Source: Leucoraja ocellata (lineage: Eukaryota). Taken from it: DNA of 64,000 bases. The notes beneath the pieces are model-generated. The model did no database searches and was not told the DNA's origin. It saw only the letters and a program-made list of their open reading frames with translations. Made by a program: the position numbers and the translations under genes. The stretch is taken from NCBI GenBank assembly GCA_036785375.1, contig JAWMAR010000632.1, forward strand, positions 496,001-560,000, given 5' to 3'. Position 1 is the stretch's first letter, and each line of letters begins with the position of its first letter. Shown piece after piece: positions 34,946-47,625 of the stretch.

Positions 34946-37900
34946 GCAGTGCTGCTTCTTCCTGCCTACAGGCAGCAATTAAAGAGCGCACCCCCAGAGG
35001 TGAGGACTGTACAGAGCTGGTCGGGGGTGCAGTTGAACAACTACAGGAATGTTTGGAGTCTGTAGACTGGGCAATGTTCAAGGACTCAACAATGGACTTG
35101 AATGAATACGCCACAGTCGTTACAGACTTTATTAAGAAATGTGTGGAGGACTGCATCCCTGCAAAAACCTTCCGAGTGTTTCCCAATTAGAAATCTTGGA
35201 TGAACTTTGAGATCCGCACTCTTCTGAAGACCTGACACTGGGCATTCAAGTCTGATGATACAGTGGTCTACAAGAAGTCCAGATACGGCCTTGGTAAGGC
35301 CATCAAAAAGGCCAAAAGGGACTTCTGCTCCAAACTGAAGGGTGAGACAGATGTTCAGCAGCTGTGGCGGGGCCTGAATGCAATCACCTCCTACAAGGCA
35401 AAACCAGGAGGCAGCTCGAATGTTGGCGAAACATCACTCCCTGACGAGCTCAATGCGATTTACGCACGCTTTGATAGGGAGAACACTGATGTGCCTTCCC
35501 GAGCCCCCATTTGCTGTGATGGTATTTCTGTCTCAGTCACAGAGGCTGACGTCAGGAAATCCTTCAGAGGGGTGACACTCGAAAAGCGCCTGGATCTGAT
35601 CTGGTCGTGTTCTAAAAACTTGTGCGGACCAACTGGCTGGAGTTTTTACGGACATTTTCAACCTCTCACTTCTGAGGTCTGAGGTTCCCACCTGCTTCAA
35701 AAGGGCATCAATTAAACCAGTGCCCAAGAAGAGTAAGGTGACGTGCCTCAATGACTATCGACCAGTGGCACTAACGTCGGTGGTGATGAAGTGCTTTGAG
35801 AGGTTGATCATGGAGCAAATCAACTCCTACCTTGCCAAAACCCTGGACCCACTACAGTTCGCTTACCGCCACAACAGATCAACGGTGGATGCGATCTCGC
35901 TGGCACTCCACTCCGCTCTGGACCACTTGGACAACAAAAACTCATTTGGCAGGCTGTTATTCATTGATTACAGCTCGGCATTTAATACAATCATCCCCTC
36001 CAAGCTGGTTACCAAACTCGCAGAACTGGGTCTCTGTGCATCCCTCTGCAATTGGATCCTCGACTTCCTCATTCACAGACCACAGTCTGTTTGTATTGGT
36101 GGAAATGTGTCAGACTCGATAAGAATCAGCACGGGAGCACCTCAAGGCTGCATGCTCAGCCCCCTGCTGTACTCATTCTATACTCATGACTGCGTAGCCA
36201 GTCATAGTGCGAACTCTATCATCAAGTTCGCTGACGATACCACTGTTGTGGGACGTATCGCTGATGGGGATGAGTCAGAGTATAGAAGAGTGATCGAGCA
36301 AATGTCCATATTGCCATCTCAACGGCACTTCACTCCGCCCTCTCCCACCTCGACAACAGAGACACTTACGTAAGAATGCTGTTCATCGATTACAGCTCAG
36401 CATTCAACATCATTATACCATCAAAACTGATCACCAAACTCGGTAACCTGGGCATCGACCCCTCCCTCTGCAACTGGATACTGGACTTTCTAACCAACAG
36501 ACCCCAGTCTGTGAGGTTAGACAAGCACACCTCTTCAACCCTCACCCTGAACACCGGCGTTCCACAGGGCTGTGTGCTGAGCCCCCTCCTCTACTCCCTC
36601 TTCACCTATGACTGCATACCTGTACATGGTACTAACACCATCATCAAGTATGCAGATGATACAACGGTGATTGGCCTCATCAGCAACAACGATGAGCTGG
36701 CCTACAGGGAGGAGGTCCAGCACTTAGCAGCATGGTGCGCTGACAACAACCTGGCCCTTAACTCCAAGAAGACCAAGGAGCTCATTGTAGACTTCAGGAA
36801 GTCCAGAGGCAGCACGCACACCCCCATCCACATTAACGGGACGGAGGTGGAACGTGTTTCTAGCTTCAGGTTCCTGGGAGTCAACATCTCCGATGACCTC
36901 TCTTGGACCCACAATACCTCTACTCTGATCAAGAAGGCTCATCAGCGTCTCTTCTTCCTGAGGAGACTGAAGAAGGTCCATCTGTCTCCTCAGATCCTGG
37001 TGAACTTCTACCGCTGCACCATCGAGAGCATCCTTAACAACTGCATCACAGTATGGTATGGCAACTGCTCTGTCTCCGACCGGAAGGCATTGCAGAGGGT
37101 GGTGAAAATTGCCCAACGCATCACCGGTTCCTCGCTCCCCTCTATTGAGTCTGTCCAAAGCAAGCGCTGTCTGCGGAGGGCGCTCAGCATCGCCAAGGAC
37201 TGCTCTCACCCCATCCATGGACTGTTTACCCTCCTACCATCCGGGAGGCGCTACAGGTCTCTCCGTTGCCGAACCAGCAGGTCGAGGAACAGCTTCTTTC
37301 CGGCGGCTGTCACTCTACTCAACAACGTACCTCGGTGACTGCCAATCACCACCCCCCCCGGACACTTATTATTATTTATTCAAATCGTTTGCTATGTCGC
37401 TCTTCCAGGGAGATGCTAAATGCATTTCGTTGTCTCTGTACTGTACACTGACAATGACAATTAAAATTGAATCTGAATCTGAATCTGAATGGTGCCAGCA
37501 CAATAACCTGGCCCTCAACACCAACCAAACCAAGTAACTGATTGTGGACTTTGGAAGGAGTAGGATGGGGACCCACAGTCCCGTTTATATCAACGGGTCG
37601 ATGTTTGAAAAGGTCAAGAGCTTCAAATCCCTGGGCGTGCACATCTCTGAAAATTTTTCCTGGTCCGAGAACACTAATGCAATCATCAAGAAAGCACATC
37701 ACGCCTCTACTTCCTGAGAATATTACGGAGAGTTGGTTTGTCAAGGAGGACTCTCTCTAACTTCTACAGGTGCACAGTAGAGAGCATGCTGACTGGTTGC
37801 ATTGTGGCTTGGTTCGGCAACTTGAGCGCCCTGGAGAGGAAAAGACTACAAAAAGTAGTAAACACTGCGCAAGCCATCATCGGCTCTGACCTCCCTTCCA

Positions 37901-38222
37901 TCGAGGGGATCTATCGCAGTCGCTGCCTCAAAAAGGCTGGCAGTATCATCAAGGACCCACACCATCCTGGCCGCACACTCATCTCCCTGCTACCTTCAGG
38001 TAGAAGGTACAGGAGCCTGAAGACTGCAACGACCAGGTTCAGGAATAGCTACTTCCCCACAGCCATCGGGCTATTAAATTTGGCTCGGACAAAACTCTGA
38101 ACATTAATAGCCCATTATCTGCTATTTGCACTTAATCAGTTTATTTATTCATGTGTGTATATATTTATATAATGGTATATGGACACACTCTGTTTTGTAG
38201 TCAATGCCTACTATGTTCTGCT
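34946..38222 (+). mobile_element. Rex1/Babar LINE (5'-truncated, frameshifted), host of a nested insertion
   Basis: [45 protein letters not shown]; reading continues (WCQHNNLALN) at 37491; C-terminus 37738-38100. Confidence 0.92.
36312..37490 (+). mobile_element. Young Rex1/Babar LINE nested in the older Rex1; uninterrupted RT C-terminal frame 36313-37338
   Basis: [20 protein letters not shown], no stops over about 340 codons; (GAATCT)n tail. Confidence 0.92.
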
Positions 38223-40411
38223 TTGCAGGTCCACTGTTGCTGCTCAGTGCAGCACAGATACAGTGGCAAGACAGAGTGATGACTGGACCTTGAACAACCT
38301 TACACTGTCGCATAACCCCGGTAGAAGAGGTCGGGGTTGGTGGGAGATATCCTGTGTACAAAATAAACCTGACCTGCGAGATGATTAAAACAGCCTTGAC
38401 AGTCAACCAAAGCATACAGGCATAGCTGGATGTCAAACCAATCAAAGGCTACAAATCTTTCTACAAGGCCTTGACATCCAGAAAGATTCAAAATGTATCA
38501 AACGTTGTTAAAACTCAAACAAACATAAAATAAAATAACAAAAGTAAGGTTTCCAAGATTAACAAATAGGAACAAAAACAATTAAAATTCAAGTTGATTT
38601 GAGTGAAATACAAAATTAATTAATCCAAAATAAAGACGTTACCTATTTAAAAAAACTACTTGTAGTAGATATTTGACGACGGGACTGATGAAGGGACTTA
38701 TTTTTCTTGTGCCAGGAAAAACCAAAGTGGAATGCTCTACTGAACATTGTACAGTTTGCATCCAAAGTCAGAACAAAATTGAAAAGTCGCCAAAGTGTGG
38801 TGAACAAATTGGGGACTTTTGAACTATTCCTAAAATCTCAATCTCAGTGACACTTACACTGAGGAATGCGGGTAACGATTTATTGGACTATATTATATGT
38901 TTTGTATTAGTAAATCAATACTATGACCCTTTCTTCCATCCCTTACACCTCAATGTTGCTCAATTGGTACCATGTGACAGCGAGAACAATTAGAAGCAAA
39001 CAGGTGAATTTCCAGACAGAAACATCCAAGGCCCATTCACTTTGTATTCTACGTTAATGCCACACGATAGAGTTAATCACCGACAGTGCCTGATGCAGTG
39101 GAACCCGTCCAAATGTAGAATACTCAACATGTGGGCCATCAAGAAGACTGATAAATTGAGTTTATTTTGTCGTACTGATTTTGTTGTTATTAACAATAAA
39201 CAAAATGCATGTCTTTGGAAATCCACTATCTCCAGCACAGGCCCTTGAGAAAAGTAGCCCGAGGTTCTCAACACTTTCAAGATGAGTGGCTAATTAAACT
39301 CTCAATCTCCTGCAAGACCTTGCTCAAATCTTTAAGATGCTAATGTGCTTCATATGCAGCACTGACGGTCTTACTGTCTGCAGAATGAAAATAACCAGTC
39401 TTGAAAAGGTTAATGATGCAGGAATGAATTACTGCACATACAGAACTGAAAATGTTCACAAATATCATTTGAAAATATGCCCTGCAGCACATATTTCAGT
39501 TCCTTATTTATGTTGATTAATGATGAATGCACTGTGAGTGGGCAGAGCACCATTAAATAATAATGACTCACAAAATCTTTCTGCCTTGCACAGTAGACTC
39601 TTTCTATTACTACAGTATAGAATATTTTGCCTTTGCCCGGAGACCAGTAATAAGCACTGTTATCTCTGTTATGCTCTTGATTTACAGCAGGTGGCTAACT
39701 TCCTTGTTCTAGAAGAAGACTATCGCTCTTGCAATTGCTTACGTTTGTTCTTGTGATTGCTCAAAAGCACAAAAGTAAAATTCAGGTATTCTGTTCTGAG
39801 GCTGTAATTTATCATCCTGTGTTCATCCTTTATCTTTATTTCTCATATTCTCTTGAAATGCACTTAGATCACACATGAATTAAACATGGAAACAAACACA
39901 TGCAACTGCATGTGTTATATATATATTTTAAATTTGCAAAAAATATATAAAAATATATTGCCAATGCGTACGCGTATATTCTTACGCACAATTCTACATG
40001 CTACTAAAGTACACAAGACACAATTCCTACAGTCATCTTTGATCCAGCAGTAAATTATAGTGGATGCATGTACTCAAACAAAATGGAGACCGATTGCATT
40101 CTTCTGAATTTTAACCACAATGGAAGAAACAACCTGTTAACCTTGAATTGCATTTATCCAAGATCGCACCTGCTGATAATTTCAGAGGCAAAAACAATTG
40201 CTCTGTTCCATAAGAATACCAGGCCTCGTGTAATTATTGTAGTCAAGCATGCTTCAGTTCAATTCCAATTTGTCCACAGTCACAACAGAAGTCCTTTATA
40301 ACAAATCATTTACATAAGCAGAAGCCACAAAATATCAGGTAAGCAGCAATCCAACGTGGTACATCTCGATATAAAATAACAGGCACAATATGCAACATTC
40401 TCATCACTTAC

Positions 40412-40540
40412 CAACACAGAGCGTACTGCAGAGAACTCGTTCTCCAAACTTGCCACATTCTGCAGAATACCACAATAAATAACAACCAATATGACCTTAC
40501 CTATAAAAACAAACAAACACAAAGAGTATGATTAAAATTT
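40412..40540 (-). promoter_or_regulatory. Candidate recursive splice site (YAG|GTAAG) with 89-nt RS-exon
   Basis: Minus strand tttaatcatactctttgtgtttgtttgtttttatag|GTAAGG...TGTTG|gtaagt. Confidence 0.4.
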
Positions 40541-41442
40541 GGTATCTTGATTAAACCATTCAATTTCCAAATTGTGAAAAAAATGATTAATGGCTTCACA
40601 TTGGCATAGGTTAGCTGAGTTGAACAATTTGTATCTGCACTGTAAATTCCTGTTAAATCTGAACTAAGAGCAAAAATAATTTCCTGCATGTCCATGCCAC
40701 ATAAAGAAAGACAAATTTATTGCTCGTTCACAAACAGTGCAGAGTAATGAATCAAATGTATCTCGGATTTCAGTAATACCGAATAAAGCATTTTTATACA
40801 TACTCCGATTATTTCTTCCTGGCTGTCAGGTTCGGGGACCAAAACCAATGAAGGCTCACAGTGCACTTACCCATCCCCTTAACATTTCCTCCCCAACTGT
40901 GATTTGTTCAGGAGTGTGAAAGAACATGATAGAAATAGGAGAGGATGCACTGAAAAATGAAGTGGCACGTGGCAAAACTGCAATGGAGACCACCATGCAT
41001 ACCATACAGTGAAAGGACCATCGAATAGCTAGAGCCAAGAGATCCAAGAGTCAACAGTTCAGGTCACTGTTCTGCAACCCTCTATCTACTGCAAGTCAGA
41101 ATAGTTAATTCAGTAATTGATGGGTAAAGCAGGTCCCATGTGCATCTCCATCCCCACCAATGGTAGAACTCAGCTTATGTACGGGTGTCAGAGGTTATGG
41201 GGAGAAGGCAGGAGAATGGGGTTAGCAGGGAGAGATAGATCAGCCATGATTGAATGGCAGAATCGACTTGATAGGCCAAATGGCCGAATTCTGCTGCTAT
41301 CACATGAACTTATGAACAAATGCAAAAGACAATAAGAAAGGTCACATGCCTTCCACACCATCCTATCCACTGGTGTTAGCACTTAGAGGAAACTGTAACT
41401 TTGGAGTAACAAGTCACTGCAGAAGCGGGTCGACCACAGAAA

Positions 41443-41592
41443 CACATGAAATGCTGGAGTAATTCAGCGGGTCAAGCAGCATCCCTAGAGGACATAGATA
41501 GATGACGTTTTGGGTCAGGAACACAACCTGAAATGACACCTATCCATGTTCTCTAGGGATGTTGGCTGAGTTGCCGAGTTACTGCAGCATTT
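41443..41592. mobile_element. Fold-back Penelope pLTR insertion
   Basis: aaatgctggagtaattcagc...catccctagag inverted to ctctagggatg...gagttactgcagcattt. Confidence 0.75.
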
Positions 41593-41696
41593 TCCACCTG
41601 ATCTATTTCCTGTGGTAGTCTTTGACATCCTGTGTGCTATCCCCAACTTTTGTGTCATACATAAGCTTGCCAATTACAAATTCTACTATACCAATT

Positions 41697-43702
41697 TACT
41701 TTAGACTTTAGAGATACAATGCGGAAACAGGCCCTTCGGACCACCGAAACCGCGCCGACCAAAGATCACCTCATATACTAGCACTTTTCTATACATAGAA
41801 AAATAAAAACATAGAAAATAGGTGCAGCAGTAGGCCATTCGGCCCTTCGAGCCTGCACCGCCATTCAATATGATCATGGCTGATCATCCAACTCAGTATC
41901 CTGTACCTGCCTTCTCTCCATACCCCCTGATCCCTTTAGCCACAAGGGCCACATCTAACTCCCTCTCAAATATAGCCAATGAACTGGCCTCAACTACCTT
42001 CTGTGGTTAATTTACCAGGGTCAATTTACAAAAGCCAATTTACCTGCAAAGCTGTACATGGACAATAGTTACAGGAATAGGCCATTCGACCCACCACTGC
42101 CATTCAATGTGATCATGGCCTTACAACCTTGATTCCGCTAGCCCAAAGAGCTCGATCTAACTCTCTCTTGAATGCATCGTGAATGCCTGGAATGCCTCCA
42201 ATGCCTTCTGAGGCAGAGAATTCCACAAATTCACAACTCTGTGTGTGAAATGTTTTTTCCTCATCTTAGTTCTAAATGGCCTACCTCTTATTCTTAAACT
42301 GTGGCCCCAGGTTCTGGACTCCCCCGACTTCGGAAACATGTTTCCTGCATCTAGCATGTCCAATCCCTTAATAATTTTATAAGTTTCTATAATACCCTCT
42401 CATCCCTCTAAATTCCAGTGAATACAAGCACAGTCGCTCAATTCTTTCATCATATGGCTGTCCCGCCACCCCGGGAATTAACCTCGTGAACCTACGCTGC
42501 ACTCCCTCAATAACAAGAATATCTTTCCTCTAATTGGGAGACCAAAACTGCACACAATACTCCAGGTGAGGTCTCACCAGGGCCCTGTACAACTGCAGAA
42601 CTGCAACTCTGTGCCATTATACTGCAGATGACACAAAGCTGGGTGGCAGTGCGAACTGTGAGGAGGATGCTATGAGAATGCAGGGTGACTTGGGCAGGTT
42701 GGGTGAGTGGGCAAATGCATGGCAGGTGCAGTTTAATGTGGATAAATGTGAGGTTATCCACTTTGGTAGCAAAAACAGGGAGGCAGACTACTATCTAAAT
42801 GGTGTGAACTTGGGAAAAGGGGAAGTACAATGGGATTTGGGGGTCCTTGTTGATCAGGCAATGAAAGTAAGTATGCAGTGAAGAAAGCAAATGGCATGTT
42901 GGCCTTTATAACAAGAGGAGTTGAGTGGAGGAGCAAAGAGGTCCTTCTGCAGTTGAAAGCGCCCTAGTGAGACCACACCTGGAATAATGTGTGCAGTTTT
43001 GGTCCCCTAATTTGAGGAAGGACATACTTGCTGTTGAGGGAGTGTAGCGTAGGTTTACAAGGTTAATTCCTGGGATGTCATATGCTGAGAGAATGAAGTG
43101 GCTGGGTTTGTATACTCTGAAGTTTAGAAGGATGAGAGGTAATCTTATTGAAACATATAATATTATTAAGGGTTTGGACACGCTGGAGGCAGGAAACATG
43201 TTCCCGATGTTCGGGGAGTCCACAACAGGAAGTCCACAACCACAGTTTAAGAATAAGGGGTAAGCCATTTACAACTGAGCCAAGGAAACACTTTTTCTCA
43301 CAGAGAGTTGCGAGTGTGGTATTCGCTGCCTCAGAGGGCGGTGGAGGCTGGTTCTCTGGATACTTTCAAGAGTGAGCTGGATAGGACTTAAAAATAGTGG
43401 GGTCAGGGGATATGGGGAGAAGACAGGAATGGGATACAGATTGGCGATGGTCAGCCATGATCACGTTGAATGGTGGTGTTCGTTTGAAGGGCCGAATGAC
43501 CTACTCCTGCACCTATTGTCAATTGTCTATAACTCCTCCATTATGAAGTGGAGTGTGGGAGGAAAGTGGAGCTTCTGAAGAAAACGCAGGTGGTCACAGG
43601 GGAGATGTGCAAACTACATGCATACAGCATCCATAGTCAGGGTTGAACCTGGGTCTCTGCCACTGTAAGGCAGCAGCTCAACCGCTGAGCCACTGTGCTG
43701 CA
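41697..43702 (-). mobile_element. HE1-like SINE split by three CR1 insertions
   Basis: SINE pieces ~41697-41795, ~42006-42060, ~43550-43702; CR1 pieces ~41795-42005 (-), ~42061-42600 (-), ~42620-43530 (+). Confidence 0.75.
42620..43530 (+). mobile_element. CR1 LINE 3' fragment
   Basis: ADDT..GGS.NCEED.MRMQGDLGRLGEWANAWQVQFNVDKCEVIHFG; RMRGNLIETY. Confidence 0.9.
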
Positions 43703-43954
43703 CAGTTCTTCCTGAAAAATGTTTTTCAAGCAATATTTTCGTAAAGGTTGCATCTTCAATCACAGTTTTCATATCTCTGACATAGGAAGGTTTTTGCTAC
43801 ACAAGTAAGAGTTTCATGCATTAATAACCAGATGTTTACAATGTTCAGATTCAACTGCATTTTTGTTTCCTGGCTCTGGCCTTGCGTTTGCAAACTATAT
43901 TGTTGCTATACTGGCAATTGTTAATGCAGAGTTAGGTGCAATTGACATGCCTTT

Positions 43955-44205
43955 CGACTTTAGAGATACAATGTGGAAACAGGCCCTTCAATACACCAGC
44001 GCTCACCTATGCACTTGTTCTATCCTGCACACTGGGGACAATTTACAGAAGTCAATTAACCTAAAATCTGTACATATTTGGAGTATGGGGAGAAACCAGA
44101 GTACCCAGAGAAAACTCACACAGTGACAGGGAGAACGTACAGACAAGACCCGCAGTCAGGATTGAACCGGGGTATATGGCGATGTAACTCTACCACTGAG
44201 CCCAC
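43955..44205 (-). mobile_element. HE1-like SINE
   Basis: gactttagagatacaatgtggaaacaggccc...ctctaccactgagcc. Confidence 0.8.
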
Positions 44206-44987
44206 CCTTCTGGTTACTGGAAACTCAGAGGACATTACTTTAAATCTCTTCAGCCCATTTCATAGCATTTATCAGATGCCACACAGGGATGACTTCTTAC
44301 TGAGAAAGCACCTTGCTCGGATAGCAACAAAATTCATTCAAAAATAGACAAATGCATCATGTCATAAAAGTATGCCAGAAAAATCTTTACGCTTTTAAGA
44401 GTCCTTTGAGACATTCTTGAGCATTCTCTAGAAGTGTGTGTATTTGCCAATCAATAGTTACCTCGATTAGCATTTCCAGCCAAGGGTGCATTTCCCTCAC
44501 TGTTCCTGTAAATTCCTGGATATAAAATTAGACGCAATGAACTGATTCTGCTGCAAGCAGAATATAAAGCAGTGTCACTTATTTTCTTCTTGCCAACACG
44601 TTGTAATTTAGCTCAGCATGCAAATAATGCTTGGAGTTTGTGCGCCAATGATTAATCAATACATTCAGCCGATCAGTTGAAGGCTCAAGAAACTTGGAAG
44701 CAACTTAGTGTGTTACAATGTTTTAAATTGTCCACAGCTCAAGTTGGATTGACAAGACAGGATTGCATAAACCAGACCCGGATTCGATCCCGACCGGGTG
44801 CTATCTGCGTTTACAATGCCAAAATTGAAAAGTTGAGGAAAAACAAGGTGTACAGAGTTGTATATTGGTTGCAATCTGAGGAGTTTAATGATGCTACTGA
44901 TTATGATATGCCAATGTACCAGCTAGCAACTGATCTTCTCCATAAAGACTTGGTCTATTGCTAGAAATTGTAATTTATTTACCTATC

Positions 44988-45469
44988 TGTTACGGACTTA
45001 CAGCATATAATACAATAATATTAAAGTTCTGATCTTGAGAATATCACATTTTTGAATTTTCAATGCAGTCTGGGCGTTTATTACTATTTCCATCATGATG
45101 GTCAATTTTGTAATTAACTACAATTAGGTAACTAACTAATTATATGCTTTAATTTCAGGTCATCCAAGTAAGATGTTTTATATTTGTTTCAGAATCTATA
45201 ATCTATAATAACAACATTTTATTCAGTTCTCTTGATTTTTAAGACATTTATGGGCTTTTGACTGTCCTCGATCACAGCTTTTGTGCTGTCAATGGACAAG
45301 CAATAGGGAACAAGACGCTAATTTCTGAGTATGAAAATGGCCATAACTTTTTTTAATACTGAAGATATGAAAGTGAATTAGGTGTCAAGTTAAACTTCTT
45401 TTTATGCTTTATCTGATGGGATAAATTGCAGACTTGATTTTTTAAATCTCAAAATTTTGTAACATTGCT
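44988..45469. mobile_element. Unclassified AT-rich DNA-transposon-like fragment
   Basis: ggccataactttttt motif; right end aattttgtaacattgct with only a partial inverted match tgttac at the left. Confidence 0.35.
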
Positions 45470-46671
45470 CATCAAAGGCTTTCTGAAGGTTCAGGTACAC
45501 CACATCCACTGGCTCTCCCTTGTCCATTTTCCTAGTTACATTGAGTGTTGTGTATGCTCAGAAAGGATGGCTTTTGGAAGATTATACTCATTCTGAAGCA
45601 CTTCTGTGTACTGAAACTGAGTCAGACGATTGCTGGCGCTCAATTTTGGCATTCAAATGAAAATTGTTTTTGCATGATTTAGGATGGCAATTAGTAAGAA
45701 CTCATCTTCCGAATGGAAGAACTGTAACTAAACTTGCAGCAGGTATGCAAGTGTACATACGAATGAGTCTGAAGGAGCAATCCATCCCGAAATGTCACCC
45801 ATCCTTTTTCTCCAAAGAAGTAATCTGACCCGCTGAGTTACTCCAGCACTCTGAGTCTATCTTTTGCAGCAGGTATGTGTTTACCATTGAAGCCCCATGG
45901 AGCTCTTAGGTCAAGGCCTTTTGAAGCTGCCACACACAATTGACTGAACATAGCATTGCCTCATGCGAGGAGGAAGTACAGGGCACTTTAATGACTATTT
46001 AAAAAGCAATAGGGTGTGAGCCAGGGGAAATGTTTAGGATGGTGAAGTTCAACTCCTTTCTTCCTTCTTGAGCATGTGCACGTCAGTAAAATCCATGCAA
46101 CCTAATCAATAACCATAATTCTACCCGCTGAGTTGCTCCAGCACGTTGTGTCCTTGCCCCCTTCCTCCTTCCTAGTCTTTTTACCAGTTCCACTGTTCTC
46201 CTCATGGTTTCTCTTGAGATCACACCTTCCCGAGCCAACAATGGGCCTACCAGGCAACACCCTACCAGAGGTCATTTGTGGCTGGCCCACGAGTGGTCAG
46301 GGTCTTTTCTTGTAACATAGAAATTCCGATTTGTCATCGTCCACTAAACCTATCCCAAGGCACTGCCAGTACTGATTCAATCTCAATCTATTTTAACATA
46401 GGTAGGCTTTAGAGAAATACCTGTCCTACAGATTAAACAGGCCAAATCCTCACAGAGGATGCTTGATGCTTGTGAAAAATCAATAGAGAGGTTAAGAAAG
46501 TGGAAAAGGAGAGAACAGCAAAAGCTAAGTATGAAATTTCAAGGCACTATGAGGAGCACAGAACAACTGTGAAATGGGTGGGGGGCACAGGAAAGAGAGA
46601 GGAGTAGGTGGGGGGGGGGGGGGGTTCATCACTTAAAATCAGATCATTCAATGTTCCCTTTAGGGTATAAC

Positions 46672-46950
46672 TGTGGCACAGTTGGTAGAGCTGTCTCTTC
46701 ACAGCACCAGAGACGCGGGATCGATCCTGATCTCCACTCATGTGGGGAGTTTGCACATTCTCCACATGGGCTTCATCTGGTTGCTACACACACCAAAATG
46801 AGGGGGATTGTAGGTTAATAGTCCTCTGAATTGCCCTTAACATGCAGGGGGTGGATGGGAAAGTGAGATAACATTGAACATGCAGTTGGCATGGACTCAG
46901 TGGGCCACAGGGCCTGTTTCCATGCTTTATCTCTGAACCAAATTAAATTA
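46672..46950 (+). mobile_element. HE1-like SINE (older variant)
   Basis: tgtggcacagttggtagagctg..gggatcgatcctga..ggagtttgcacattctcc; aaattaaattaa tail. Confidence 0.8.
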
Positions 46951-47339
46951 AAAAGTGAGACTGTTGTTGAGACAATGGCCTGGCAGTTATACAGAGTGTC
47001 ATTTGCACACATATCCAGCTCCATTCATCGACACCACAATTATGTTGTCTTTACCACCATTCTGCTAAATATTTTTTTAAATAATGATCTTTTAGGGCAA
47101 CTTTGAGCATTCTCCTTCCCCAATAGAGGTTAGGAGATGAATATTCAACTAGATCGGATACCTTAATTGAGCTCATAGAAAACTAATGTCTATCACAGTG
47201 TGGTGCTGGCTGCTTCGCCACCATTCTTGTGAGAAATCAAAGCCTGCACAACAATTAATTTAAGAATTAGAACACGTAACGTTTACTATATTGAGGATGT
47301 AGCTTCTTGACGTAATACTTTTGCAATTTAAGATATAAG

Positions 47340-47625
47340 GTGGCACAGTTGATGTCTTGCAGTGCCAGAGGCCCGGGTTTGATCCTGATCACGGGTGCTG
47401 TTTGTAAGGAGTTTGTACATTCTCCCTTTGACCATGTGGGTTTTCTCATGGTGCTCCAATTTCCTCTCATACTCCAAAAACCTACAGGTTTGTAGGTTAA
47501 TTGGTTTTTCTAAATTGTAAAGTTGTCCCAAATGCATAGTGTAAAGTTGGCCCAAGCACTGGTGTGCAGGGCAAGGACTCGTTAGGCCAAAGCGCCTGTT
47601 TGCGCACTGTATCTAAAATGTCTAA
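47340..47625 (+). mobile_element. HE1-like SINE
   Basis: cccgggtttgatcctgatcacgggtgctg; V-domain; gtctaaag tail. Confidence 0.8.
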
